Assembly (NCBI GenBank): GCA_963693365.1
Contig: CAVNZM010000007.1
Location: 3,529,462-3,593,461, forward strand
Length of the DNA: 64,000 bases
Direction of reading: 5' to 3'
From: Amoebidium appalachense
Taxonomy: Eukaryota > Protista > Ichthyosporea
Shown: piece by piece, positions 1-11,254 of the stretch
How positions within the stretch are numbered: position 1 is the first letter of the stretch
How the letters are laid out: each line of letters starts with the position of its first letter
Made by a program: the position numbers and the translations under genes
The notes under the pieces: generated by a model
The model's input: only the letters and a program-made list of their open reading frames with translations
Databases searched by the model: none
What the model was told of the DNA's origin: nothing

Positions 1-1502
1 GCACACGTGGGAGAAGGGGCAGGGCTGCTTAGCGCAGGACCGACCGTTAATGTGGAAATTCCTGCAGTGCGTCGCGGGTAGATCCACGGGTCGGGCCGGT
101 TTTGCCGGGCCGGGTTGCGGGCCAGGGCGGTTAGGGGTTTGACCCCCGCCGGGCTTGTGGGGCGGCTTAAAGCCGTCAAGACCACAGCCGGGCTTGGGGT
201 ACATGGGGCAGGCCGCGCTGGGGTGGTCGGGGAAGCCACAGCGCTGACATGCGTCCGGGATGAGCAGAGTGGGTGGGTGGCAGGAGGAGATCCTGGTGGA
301 GTTGGGCGAGCAGGTTGGGACACTCGATCGGAGCCCGACCCTGCTGGTGGGCAACGGTGGGGGCGTATACGTCATAGTTGTAGATCTGGGCCCACGGGTA
401 TCGGGTGCTGAGGCGAGTGATGTGCTGAGTCCAAAGTACGTCTTTGTCCGTGGGGAGGCCGAGGTGGTGCTTGGCGGCCATGTAATGGGTCCAAGCTTGG
501 ATCCAAATGACGAGTGAACGCAGGGGAACGGGTTTGTCTTGGCGAAAAGTCTCGATGCTGCCGTCGTCGGCCATGCGCAGATGATGACCTTTCTTGGATG
601 GGGCCAGGAGGGCGGCGGGGGTGAACTTATACAGGTCGACGAAACGATTGGCGCGCAAATCTGCCAGCACATCCGCGGGGGGAAGCGGGAGTGTGCCCGG
701 CTGAATGTCGCCAGTGTTCTCACCTGTGATGGGGGGCGCGGGCAGGGCAGGTAGGTCTAGGTCAGGGCCGAGATGCAGCCTCGGGGAAACCTCCCCGGGT
801 GTGGAGGGCGCGGCGGGGGGCGCGGGAGGGTCGCGGTTGGTGAGAGCAGCCAGGACGCCAGCCATCTGGGTGCTGATGGCGGTGAGGGCGGCCAGGACGG
901 CGTCTTGAGAAGTCATCTGCGGGGACGGCGGGGCCTGAGGGGGGACTTCAGGAGTGGAGGGGAGAGTAGCCGGCGGGTCCGGGTCCGTGGTGGTATGGGC
1001 CGCTGGAGGCGCGTCAGTGTCCGCGGGAGCGTTGGTCAGCCTGTGGCGGAGGTCGCTGCGGGTCAGGCGCTTAGGTGCCGCGGCAGGGGCGGCTGCTGAG
1101 GCCTGGCGCTTTTTCGGCGGCATGCTGACCGGCGTAGGGAAAGATAGGGAGAATGAAAAGGAATATATAGCTGTAAGGCTGTGGATGCTAAACACAGAAG
1201 ATGTGTTTGTAGCTTGCTGATCTGCTAAAAACTGTCGTGCTTATATACCTAAGCCTACCGATCTGAGCCAATCAAAAATCGATCTAGTGATATGTGAAAT
1301 CTGATCCGAGCCAATCATAACTCGGTCTAGTGATCTGTGGTATCTGATGTTTTGACTGGCTAATAGGTGCCCGTGTGCGGGCAGCCAACCGCTAACTGCT
1401 AAAACACGAAATGAAGCCTACATGGTTATGTTGGTATCGAACACCCATCCTACCTGTTTACCCAGAAAAATATTTATGTCAATAATTTCCACAAATAAAA
1501 CC
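1..1502 (-). mobile_element. 5' part of Ngaro-type tyrosine-recombinase retrotransposon (A repeat plus gag), running off the left window edge
   Basis: Reverse complement of 18659-20160; terminal A repeat at 1154-1502 begins GGTTTTATTTGTGG on the minus strand. Confidence 0.9.
176..1123 (-). CDS. Ngaro ORF1 (gag-like), N-terminal and core part
   Basis: ATG at 1123 (MPPKKRQ...), FVDLYKF...WIQAWTHY...YD core; CCHC/CCCH fingers follow in another frame. Confidence 0.75.
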   Translation of the reverse strand: MPPKKRQASAAAPAAAPKRLTRSDLRHRLTNAPADTDAPPAAHTTTDPDPPATLPSTPEVPPQAPPSPQMTSQDAVLAALTAISTQMAGVLAALTNRDPPAPPAAPSTPGEVSPRLHLGPDLDLPALPAPPITGENTGDIQPGTLPLPPADVLADLRANRFVDLYKFTPAALLAPSKKGHHLRMADDGSIETFRQDKPVPLRSLVIWIQAWTHYMAAKHHLGLPTDKDVLWTQHITRLSTRYPWAQIYNYDVYAPTVAHQQGRAPIECPNLLAQLHQDLLLPPTHSAHPGRMSALWLPRPPQRGLPHVPQARLWS

Positions 1503-1610
1503 AGAACTTTACCACAAAGTTTATGGGGGGGATGGTGAATGTGCCCCTGGAGTACGAGGGTCACACGAAAAAAACACAACGTTGTAGCTCGTATAGAACC
1601 CCCTTTGTAG

Positions 1611-1736
1611 CCTGTAAATTACAACATCCTTGATTTTATACTAAACACGCGTAACTACGACCTGTTTATTAGATGTATTGATTGGCTTGAGAAACACATC
1701 ACTACAAAATTATAGCGCACGCGCACACACACACAC

Positions 1737-1787
<51 letters not shown>

Positions 1788-1819
1788 CCAGCTGATACCG
1801 AGTGTCCCGAGGGGAGCCC

Positions 1820-1857
<38 letters not shown>

Positions 1858-2053
1858 GGGGAACCCCAACTAATTGATTTCTCCTTGTAGTCTTTATGGT
1901 GTCTCGTAGAGAAAGTAAACCCTGATATATAGTCACCACCCGACATCTATGTACGTGATCATGATATACCGCTGAGGGGATATTCCGAGCAAAACCCCCC
2001 CCCCCCATACCTGAGACTGGTTCTCTTTGCCTCGAGTAAACAGCGTAAACCCC
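1611..2053 (+). mobile_element. Heavily 5'-truncated LINE 3' fragment
   Basis: Matches 41059-41491: last ORF2 codons (...KHITTKL*), (CA)n, internal A-tract, ends GCGTAAACCCC. Confidence 0.9.
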
Positions 2054-2223
2054 ATAGTATATGTACATAGTATGTTACCTAGACATTATTGGTTTTTTCA
2101 ATAACTACCCACATGCGGCATGTGTTACTTTCACGTTATTGGTTTCCTAGCACGGGATATTCAGCACATAGTTGGGGATGTGGGGGCAGTGTACACTTCA
2201 ATATTGGTAAGGTGGTGGGTGGG

Positions 2224-2256
<33 letters not shown>

Positions 2257-2761
2257 GGGGGGGGGGTTCCACACAACCGAAACTGTCGGTGTTACAAGTG
2301 GTTCGGTCTTAGGAAGTTAGTTCTAGAACGGTGATTTTTTAATTAATAGCGGGAAACAATATTATCCCCATTGCATATGGGGGGAACGAGGAGGGGGGGA
2401 AGGGGGGGGGGGGGGGGGGGGCTGGTTTCACAACGAATTCTATCGACTGTGCATAATTAATGTATATTGCACATGTAGCCTGAAAGATTAAAGTGAATGT
2501 GTGTATGTATATGTGCGAGTATATTTGTGTATGCAATACATGTACAATGTTTTCGTCTTTGTAGGTGGGTGGGTGGGGTGGGTGGGGGGGGGGGGGGGGG
2601 GGGGGGGGGGTGCGGGGGGGGGGGAAGAGGGGGGAGGGGGGGAGGGGGCATCATGATCAGGGATAACAGGGTGTGTGCGTGTGTGCGCTTGTGTGTGCAT
2701 GTGCTGTGTGTGTTGTGTAGGTGTGCGCCTGTGTGTGTGTGCGTGCCTGTGTGTGCGCGCC

Positions 2762-2793
<32 letters not shown>

Positions 2794-2827
2794 GTGCATG
2801 TGTGAGTGTGTGTGTGTGTGTGTGTGC

Positions 2828-2858
<31 letters not shown>

Positions 2859-3209
2859 TGTGTGTGATTTCAAAGAAGTCGAAAGCGCCAGTGACACCCA
2901 TGTTGAAAAAAGGACAAGCAAGCACGCTAAGAAGGACAGCAAGAAGTAACAGGAACCCTTTCATGCCGAAAAAATGGTCAAGAACAAAGAAGTGGAGGAC
3001 ACGTAACTATAGTCTGATAGTTGTGACTAAGGGCACTAAGGGTAGCGCTAAGGGCACCAAGCTGATGCACGCGCGCGCGCGAGCCGAAATCTATTTTTAT
3101 CTTTTTCCTAATCAGGCGCGGCGAATAGTGATTGGCTAAATCCCAATCCGGTTTGCAATTTTTTCTCCATTTAAGCCTGTACGCACGTTGTTTTCTCCAT
3201 TTCTCTTCC

Positions 3210-3330
3210 CCCTTCCCGCAGGTCCGCAGGTCCTTTCCCGCAGGTCGCCTGGTCGCAGGTCCCTTCCCGCAGGTCGCCTGGTCGCAGTTCCCTTCCCGCA
3301 GCGCCTGGTCACAGATCCCCTCCGCAGATC
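3210..3330. repeat. Short tandem repeat of about 27 bp (CCTTCCCGCAGGTCGCCTGGTCGCAGG-like), 3-4 degenerate copies
   Basis: Read directly from sequence. Confidence 0.7.
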
Positions 3331-4589
3331 ACGCAGCCACCGTGCTGATTGTTTTGGACCATGCTGCATGCTGCAGCTTCTTCTTGAAGGTTAGTTTTGT
3401 GTTGCCTGCTTTTGTGCATATGGCGTTTGTCTGTCTGGTCTGTGTCCGTCCTGTGATTATGTCTGTGTCTGTGTCTGTGTGTGTGTGTGTGTATGTGTGT
3501 GTGCGTGCGTGCGTGTGCGTGTGTCTGCTGGCTGCAGATGCACGTTGCCTTTCACGTTCATGAACCAGCGACTGTGGGCACTACTTTTGCTTTTAGCACT
3601 ATAGCTGTCATCCCCTCCACCGATCGTTCAAGCTATTTTCTGCTTCTCTAGACTTCATAAGTTCTGGTCCGGGTTTCCGTCCTTACTATGTTTGAGGTTG
3701 GTTCTGTCGACTCTTTTTTTGCCACTCTCAGTCAGCCCCCTCAGTCCCCCCCCCCCCCCCCCCCTCCGCCCCCCCCCCTCCCCCCCCCACTTCTCGCAAG
3801 TAGCATGAGCTAATTCTTAGCTCGAGTTCCTTTACAGGTTTTGGCAAGGTTGGCCCATGAAGTCATCAGCAGCTATAAGGCTACGTTATCATCTAGAGGT
3901 GGGTACCGGCTCTTTGTCCTATGGCTGCTGTTGTTTCCGTTTTTCGTTTCATAGGTGGGTACCGGCTCTTTGTCCTGTTAAGGTAAATAAAGTATGGAGG
4001 CAAGACCCTGTGGGTCTGGGGCTCTTTGTCCTATGGCTGCTGTTGTTTCCGTGTTTCGTTTCTGTGTTGCTCTTATAGCACATGAATGATCATGTGCATG
4101 TTTAGCACCCATAGGTGGGTACCGGCTCTTTGTCCTGTTAATTACTCTGCCGGCATTTGGTATGGTATGGTTTGGTGTAAGAGTGCCCCCCTTATATTGT
4201 CATGTTGGGCGTCCTTTTTTTTTTTTTTTTGGGCCTCATACACATATACACACACCTTGTTACTCTTCTGTCAAGGGATTAGCATGTGTTTAGTTTAATG
4301 ATGTTGGGAGCTTCTTAGAAACCCGCATAATAGTTTGCTTGTTTTGAGTTTTGTTTATGTTCGTTGCTGCTCTTTTATACTCCCTTCCCCCCCCCCCCCC
4401 CCCCCCCCTCCCGGCGGGGGGGAGGAAGGAGATGGGGGTGGGGAGGATGAGGATGAGGACTAGTGGGATGATAGAAGCCCCCCCCCCCCCCCCACCCTCT
4501 TTTTTTTTTTCTTTTTTTGATATGTTTTGGTGTCTAGTGCAGTCTGGAGCAGACTCCGGAGTCGAGACATAGAAATTTGTTGTATTGCA

Positions 4590-4729
4590 GTCTCGCTCCT
4601 GTGGAACGAGACTTAAAAAATTTGTAACAAGTTGTGAGAAAAAACAAACTGTCAGGCGTGGTCTCTGCTCCAGTGGAGCGAGACAAAAAAGTACATATGG
4701 TATCCGTCTCTGCTCCTGTGGAGCGAGAC
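4590..4729. repeat. Three spaced palindromic units GTCTC(T)GCTCC-NGT-GGARCGAGAC
   Basis: Copies at 4590-4612, 4661-4684 and 4706-4729; a degenerate fourth near 4540-4568. Confidence 0.7.
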
Positions 4730-6316
4730 GCAAAGAAACATCTTTATGCGCTCTTCTTACCGTCTGATGTCATATTGTATGTGTCCTTACAGTGATTTTA
4801 TGACGTATGATGTATGATATCATTATCATACATTGAACATGCCATTATGCATGTAAGGATGGGTTTATGACGCACCAAAAAGCAAATTGTGCATGTGCAT
4901 AGCACACCCTTACAACATATGCAAGTGTACGTTACGACGTCAAATGTATTAATATGCGTCATCTACATTATATGTCGTAATGTCTTCCTATGCATCTGTT
5001 TACAACATCGTAATGTAATCTGTAGTAGGATGCAAATCACATCTTATGATAGGTCATGGGTTAGCACAAACCCACCCATGGTATATCCACTGGTTGTGTT
5101 TCGGATGTCGGAAAGGGCGTCTGAACGATTGGATTTCGATCTATTTTTATAATCAACTGGATGGTTTTGCAGTGCTCCATTGCATTGCTTTACAACAAAC
5201 GATAGACATACATGTGATAGTCATACGTATTTGATCAAGACGGTATTAATACCATACATTCGATGCGTTTACAGTGCTCCGTTATATGGCTTTACATCAA
5301 ACCATAGACATGCATAAGATCGTCCACAGGGTGGCGTTCTGATCCTCCCGTAGACGGTGTTACGACTGTCTGAATGCCCCCTGGCCGCCGTCATATACCC
5401 ACCGACTGGACGTCGTATGTTGGATCTATTGCACGTCGGTTAGATGGCTACATTGCACACCCATTGGATATGCACTCGCGGGGTTCTATGTACATCCATT
5501 GGTGCATCGGGTATCGGATCGAGCAGATTACGACACATCCATTGGACGTCGGGGAGCAATGATATGTATTTGGGGTTAGTTTTGGAGGTGTTGAGGGGTT
5601 TCCGATGTCGTCGGGTAGTTTACGACAGCTTTTGGATGCCGCAACAAGATTGCTGATGCAGGTCCAACAGTACACTTGGCCACCTGTGTGCACTACGCTG
5701 TGACTACTAGAACCGATTGATCTGGGTTTGTCAGTCGGATTCAAGGGGATAACACAGTTGGGTTGGATAGGATAGCTTTGCTTAAACGTTCGTCACATGG
5801 GATTGTAGACATGTTTCTTGATGTTATGGTGATACCGGTATACGCGGTTCCCCATACCTTCTCCTATATTCCTGCATAACACTCACGACCAGAGCACCTT
5901 TGTCTACGTAAGCACACAAAATAACCGTTTACGTAAATAGAGTAAAGTTTAATAACAAGAAACATTGGATTGTAGACATGATAGGACATGGTCCTGATAA
6001 TAAAGACCTACCACTAAGGCTGCAAGCACGAGAGTGTCCATCCGTGTCAGTGCCTTGAGGCAAACGAGTTGACCATGTGTGTGTTTTTGACATTGTGTTA
6101 CTAGCCACTCTTTCTTTGTGCATGTGAACACCCGTCATGCATACACATCCAAAAGGACGCAGGCACATGCACTTCCACGAATCCAGCTGTGTGTTCTATT
6201 TCTTGTTGTTTAGCTTCTGAATCGAGAGGCACAGACGTACGGTCGATCCCCACATGAGTGTACTATCCTTAGCACCCCCCCTTTCCCCCCCCCCCCCCCT
6301 CCCCCCCCCCCCCCAA

Positions 6317-6347
<31 letters not shown>

Positions 6348-7055
6348 TATTAATAAAACTAAATACAAGTAAAAAAAACACACAAACAACCAACCCCCCC
6401 CCCCCCAAAAAAAAAATAAAATAAAATAAATTAAATAAATTAAATAAAATAATATAAAAAACACGCACAAACGCACCCCGGCCGCATTGAACTAACCTAT
6501 GTGATGTCTGGCATCTTTTCACACGTGTATGAACCCTTAATCGCCTGGCCTTAAGTGCAAGCAGTGCATTAATTGCGGGCCTCATATATGGCGAAGCATA
6601 TATGGCCTCATGCAGTGGCAGCCCCCGGCCCCCCTCCCCCCCCTCCACACATATACACACTAGGCTACTTGCACCCCTACCCCACCCCACCTATGCACCC
6701 CTGAGCCCGCCCCAACCCCCGCCATTGTCCCCCGTAGGCCTTCCCTTTCTCCCTTTAAAAAGAACGTCTGGCATATTAGAGTAAATAAACACATGCACCC
6801 AACACAATAATACAATCAATAGCTTCCAAAAACACCACGAACGTAGGGCCCACTCCCATATCAGTGTACTGATACCAGGTTGTGTGGGCACATACACAGC
6901 TCAAAGTCCACATGTAGCACGAGCTCGAGCTGGATTATCATGTTTGTCATGAGTCTCCGCAGTGCATTCACATATGTAATGTGTGTGACGTGCACGCATG
7001 TTTGTGTATGCATGTGTTTAAGCCGTGGTGTGTGCCTTTCATTTGTGGGCCCGGT

Positions 7056-7096
<41 letters not shown>

Positions 7097-7366
7097 AGCC
7101 AGTACAACGTGGCAAACGTGAACCCCCGGCCCATCCCCCCTCCTGGCCCATCCTCCCTCCCTTTCCCAACGTGCACCAGCATCCCCCCCCCCCCCCCCCC
7201 TCCCCCCACCTCCCCCTCCCGCTCCTTCGATTTATATCTATGTGACTCCTCAGAAAGTTTCTTAATAAATATGCATACACAAAATATAGTACACAAATAT
7301 CTCGTTGGAGTCTCTTATTCGTGGTTGCTGACTCTATGTGCACGGGAGGTTGCAGAACGGGCTAAA

Positions 7367-7398
<32 letters not shown>

Positions 7399-7605
7399 GG
7401 GGAGGGGGGGGGGGGGGGGGCTGTGAGTGTATGTCGGAGGGGGGCTGTGGAAGAGGATATCGAGATTGGTGATGAGTACCCACGACATACTTGTGTACTA
7501 TATTTTGTGTATGCATATCTGGTATGTGTGCCGGTGTGCTCGTGCCACAGTGTGCATGTGTGGATATCGATGCACTAATTATGTGGGTGTGGGTGGGTGC
7601 AATGA

Positions 7606-7654
<49 letters not shown>

Positions 7655-8201
7655 CGCGTTTTATATTGTATGTCATTAGCAATCTTTGTGTTTTAATTAC
7701 TATGGCATGTGGGCACAACGGATTTGCCACGAATCGTGGCACTGTGTGTGTGGTGTGTGCGTGACATTTCCCGATGATTTTTACCGCCCTCCTTTGGGGG
7801 GGAGGGGGGAATGGGAGAAGGCATGATATCTAAACTTCACTGGCAGTTCCCAATCGCATGGGGGTGCAAACGTCGGAATTCTAGGTATTTCATATGCCTT
7901 GCGCACTGGGCAATGCATGCCATGTGCTAAGATCTGCAGTTGCAAAAGAGATTTAAGAGAAGGCTTACAGGGGGCAATGGAGAGTAATATACTAGCATCT
8001 TTGAGTTTGGGTAGCCCCACGGCCACCCAATCTTATCCCCCCCCCCCCCCCACCTTCTCCCCCCCCCCCTCTCCCCCCCCCCCCCCCCCCCCCCCCCCCC
8101 ACACACACATAAACAAATACACACAAACCACAACAACAACCGAGGGATTGCAGGGGAGCATGTACAGCTGCAGGTTGTTGCATTTGAAGTTACGGGGTAT
8201 G

Positions 8202-8910
8202 TGTTATTTTGTGTGGGTAAACGGAGAAGCAGAGAGCACAGATGGGTGTTATGTAAAACACAACACAAAGACACACGGGAAAAACACAACCGGAGAGGAG
8301 GAACGATTTCTGGAACCATAGGAAGTGAATACGACTGCTTGTGATTTATTTCAAGATGAGGTCCCTTTTATACTTGGGAATGTGAAACGATAAACCAATC
8401 AAAAGAATGAAAACTATGAGTGTAAAATATATCGAATAAAATGTCTGTCGACATTTAGAATATAAAACTCAATCCTCTAATGAAAGAAACTTCTAATAAA
8501 AGCACGGAAACATTTAATAAAATGAAACCACTTATGTAACTATTAATTCATAACATATATTTATACATGTTCTTATCATAACACGTCTAAATATAATTAT
8601 TCCTAATAGTTGAAGAACATAGCACAATGCTACGTCGTGGGAAAGAAATGAGAAAGGAATGTAAGTTACTATATTTGGGAAAATACAAACGAGATATGAT
8701 TGGATGACATATATAGATTTTGACGCAAACGACAATACGTGTGCGCGAGCTAAGTATGTCGATACGTACACAGATCTAAGATGTCGTGTACACGGAAACG
8801 GAAAAGAAAGAAAGAAATGAAGAAAGGAAAAAGGAAACAAACTACAACAACTAATAAATAAATACCAAACTCAACTTCTAAGTCTTGCTGAGAATTAAGT
8901 GAAGATGACA
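8202..8910 (-). repeat. Copia-1 3' LTR (709 bp)
   Basis: Direct repeat of 13880-14587; only a 1-bp indel was noticed. Confidence 0.95.
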
Positions 8911-9394
8911 TCCCCACTCAAGGGTTGGAAGTTGGGTTCTCGTGAAGTTTGTTGATGTGACTGTTGATGTTAAGACTTTCACACATGTAGAAGTAGGTGC
9001 CGTGAAGTCACAGTCAAGTTTCCCCACTCGAGAAGACAATGGAGAAGACTTGAACGTGCAAGCCGGGGAAGAAAACCAAAACGGAAGAAGCACACAACGA
9101 CGGTTGCCTCTGAAGACTCGGAAGATGACGGTAGCCAATGACGTGATATATAAATATATATAGAAGAAACAACTAGTGTATGTGTGACGTGTTGGTGGCT
9201 AATGATAAATACATTATATATATGGTGGTATATAAATAAACGACGGATGGTGGAGAAGAAATCCCCACTGAAGATGCACACACTGAAGATCGATGAAGAC
9301 AGCAGTAGACTTTCGTTGGGAGGTGTCTCTACACGGTGATGTGTAGACCACTGGCCAGGGCCCCAACCTACTTGAAGACCACTGTAGATGAACC

Positions 9395-9425
<31 letters not shown>

Positions 9426-9426
9426 C

Positions 9427-11254
9427 TCAGTCACGAAGACTGAGTGAATCACGGTGCTGCTCGTGGGAGCTGCTCGTGGGAGGGCCCGGGCAGGGGCTTG
9501 GTGAAGATGTCAGCCACGTTGTCTTTGCTGGACACGTAGGTGACGACCACATCCCCACTCTTGATGTAGTCCTTCGTGTTGTGGTAACGGACTGCAATGT
9601 GTTTGGTCCGGTGCTTGATGCTGTTGGTGTGCAGGAGGGCAATGGTGGACTGGTTGTCACAGTAGACGGGGGTGGGGTCGGTCATCGGGTAGCCGAGTTC
9701 ACGGAGGAGATCACGGTGCCAGATGACGTTTTGAACAGCAGCATTGATGGCCAGAAGCTCAGCCTCGGTGGTGGATGTTGCCGTGATGGACTGCAGCTTC
9801 GAATACCATGTGATGGGTATGCCCTTGAAGAAGATGACGTATCCGGTGGTTGAACGACGGGTGTTGGGGCAGTTGGCAAAGTCAGCATCAGAATAACACT
9901 CCAGCAAGGGGGTGTTGTCGTCGGAAGCAGACTTGTCGTAGTGAAGGCCGAGGTTGGAAGTGCCGATGAGGTACCGAACTACACGGAGTAGACATTCCCA
10001 TGCAAGTTTGGTGGGGTTGGCACTGAATCTACCGAGGTAGCCGATGGCAAAGGAGATGTCGGGCCGGGAACAACGAGCAACCCACAAAAGACGGCTGAGT
10101 AGTTCACGGTAGGGAACCTTGATGGGTGGTGAGTCGTTCTCGTTGATGGTGATGACGGTGCCGACGGGAATGGGAGTAGCCTTGGGGTGAGCATCGTTGA
10201 GGTTGAAGTCTCTGACGATGTCGTTGATGTAGGATTGCTGAAGCAGCTTGAGGTGACCGGGGGTGTGGATGAGCTGGGTGCCAAGGAAGATGTCGGGAAG
10301 GTCAACCTTGCAGAGAGCTGACTTCATGATGTGGTCTACTAGATCCTTGGTGTGGGAGGAGTTGGCCGTGCAGATGATGATGACGTCGTCCACATAGTTG
10401 CCAGTGAGGATGATGTCACCGTTGGGGAAGGTCTTGATGTAGACACATGGATCTGAACGGAGACGTTCGAGACCGTGAGCAAGGAGGACCTTGTCGAAGT
10501 ACTCATACCAGGCCAGTGATGCTTGCTTGAGCCCGTAGAGTGCCTTCTTAAGTTTCCAGACCTTGTGTTCGTTGCCGGGGGTGATGAAGCCAGGTGGTGG
10601 CTCAATGTAGATGTCTTCTTGAAGAGGACTGTTGAGGAAGGCAGTTGAGACGTCGAGTTGATGAATCTCATGGTTGCCGTCCACACCGATGGCAAGGAGG
10701 GCACGGACGGAGGAGGACATCACCACGGGGGAAGAGGTGTCACCGTAGTCAACACCGTAGACTTGAGTGAAGCCCTTTGCAACACCACGAGCTTTGATTT
10801 TGGTGTCACCGGCTGAGTTGAGGACTTTCTCAGTCACAATCCACTTGAACTTGATGATGTTGGCACCAGGGGGGGGATCAACAATGGTGAAGACATCCTT
10901 GGTGATGAAGGCTTGGTACTCGGAGGTGAGGGCAGCTATGACGGCATCACCGTTGGGACCGTTGCAAAGCTTTTGAATGCCCTTGGGGAGCTGGTCAATG
11001 TTGATGGTCGGTGCTACGATGCTGACCAGTGCCGTTGGAGTCTTGGTGAGACGTGTAGACCGACGAAGGTTGGGCTTGGGGGGGTCCTTGAGGGGGGTGG
11101 TGGCCGGGTAGGTGGTGGAGGCCGGGATAGGGGCATGGAAGCCAGGAATAGGACCGGTGGTGAGGGGGGCATCGGTGTCCACAGGGCTGCTCGTGGCCGA
11201 GTGGAAGGTGGGGGACCCAGGACGAACCGGAGTCATGTAGCCGGGTTGATGCAC
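9427..11254 (-). CDS. pol: Copia-1 reverse transcriptase and RNase H
   Basis: KARGVAKGFTQ, QLDVSTAFLN, LYGLKQA, YVDD, YSDAD, TEAE, YCDN, ADIFTKPL; a 13-bp duplication (GCTGCTCGTGGGA x2, about 9456-9481) frameshifts the last codons. Confidence 0.93.

Noticed and set aside
2044-2053. TAAACCC as a telomeric repeat at LINE ends
   Set aside because: Only one unit and no telomeric array in the window
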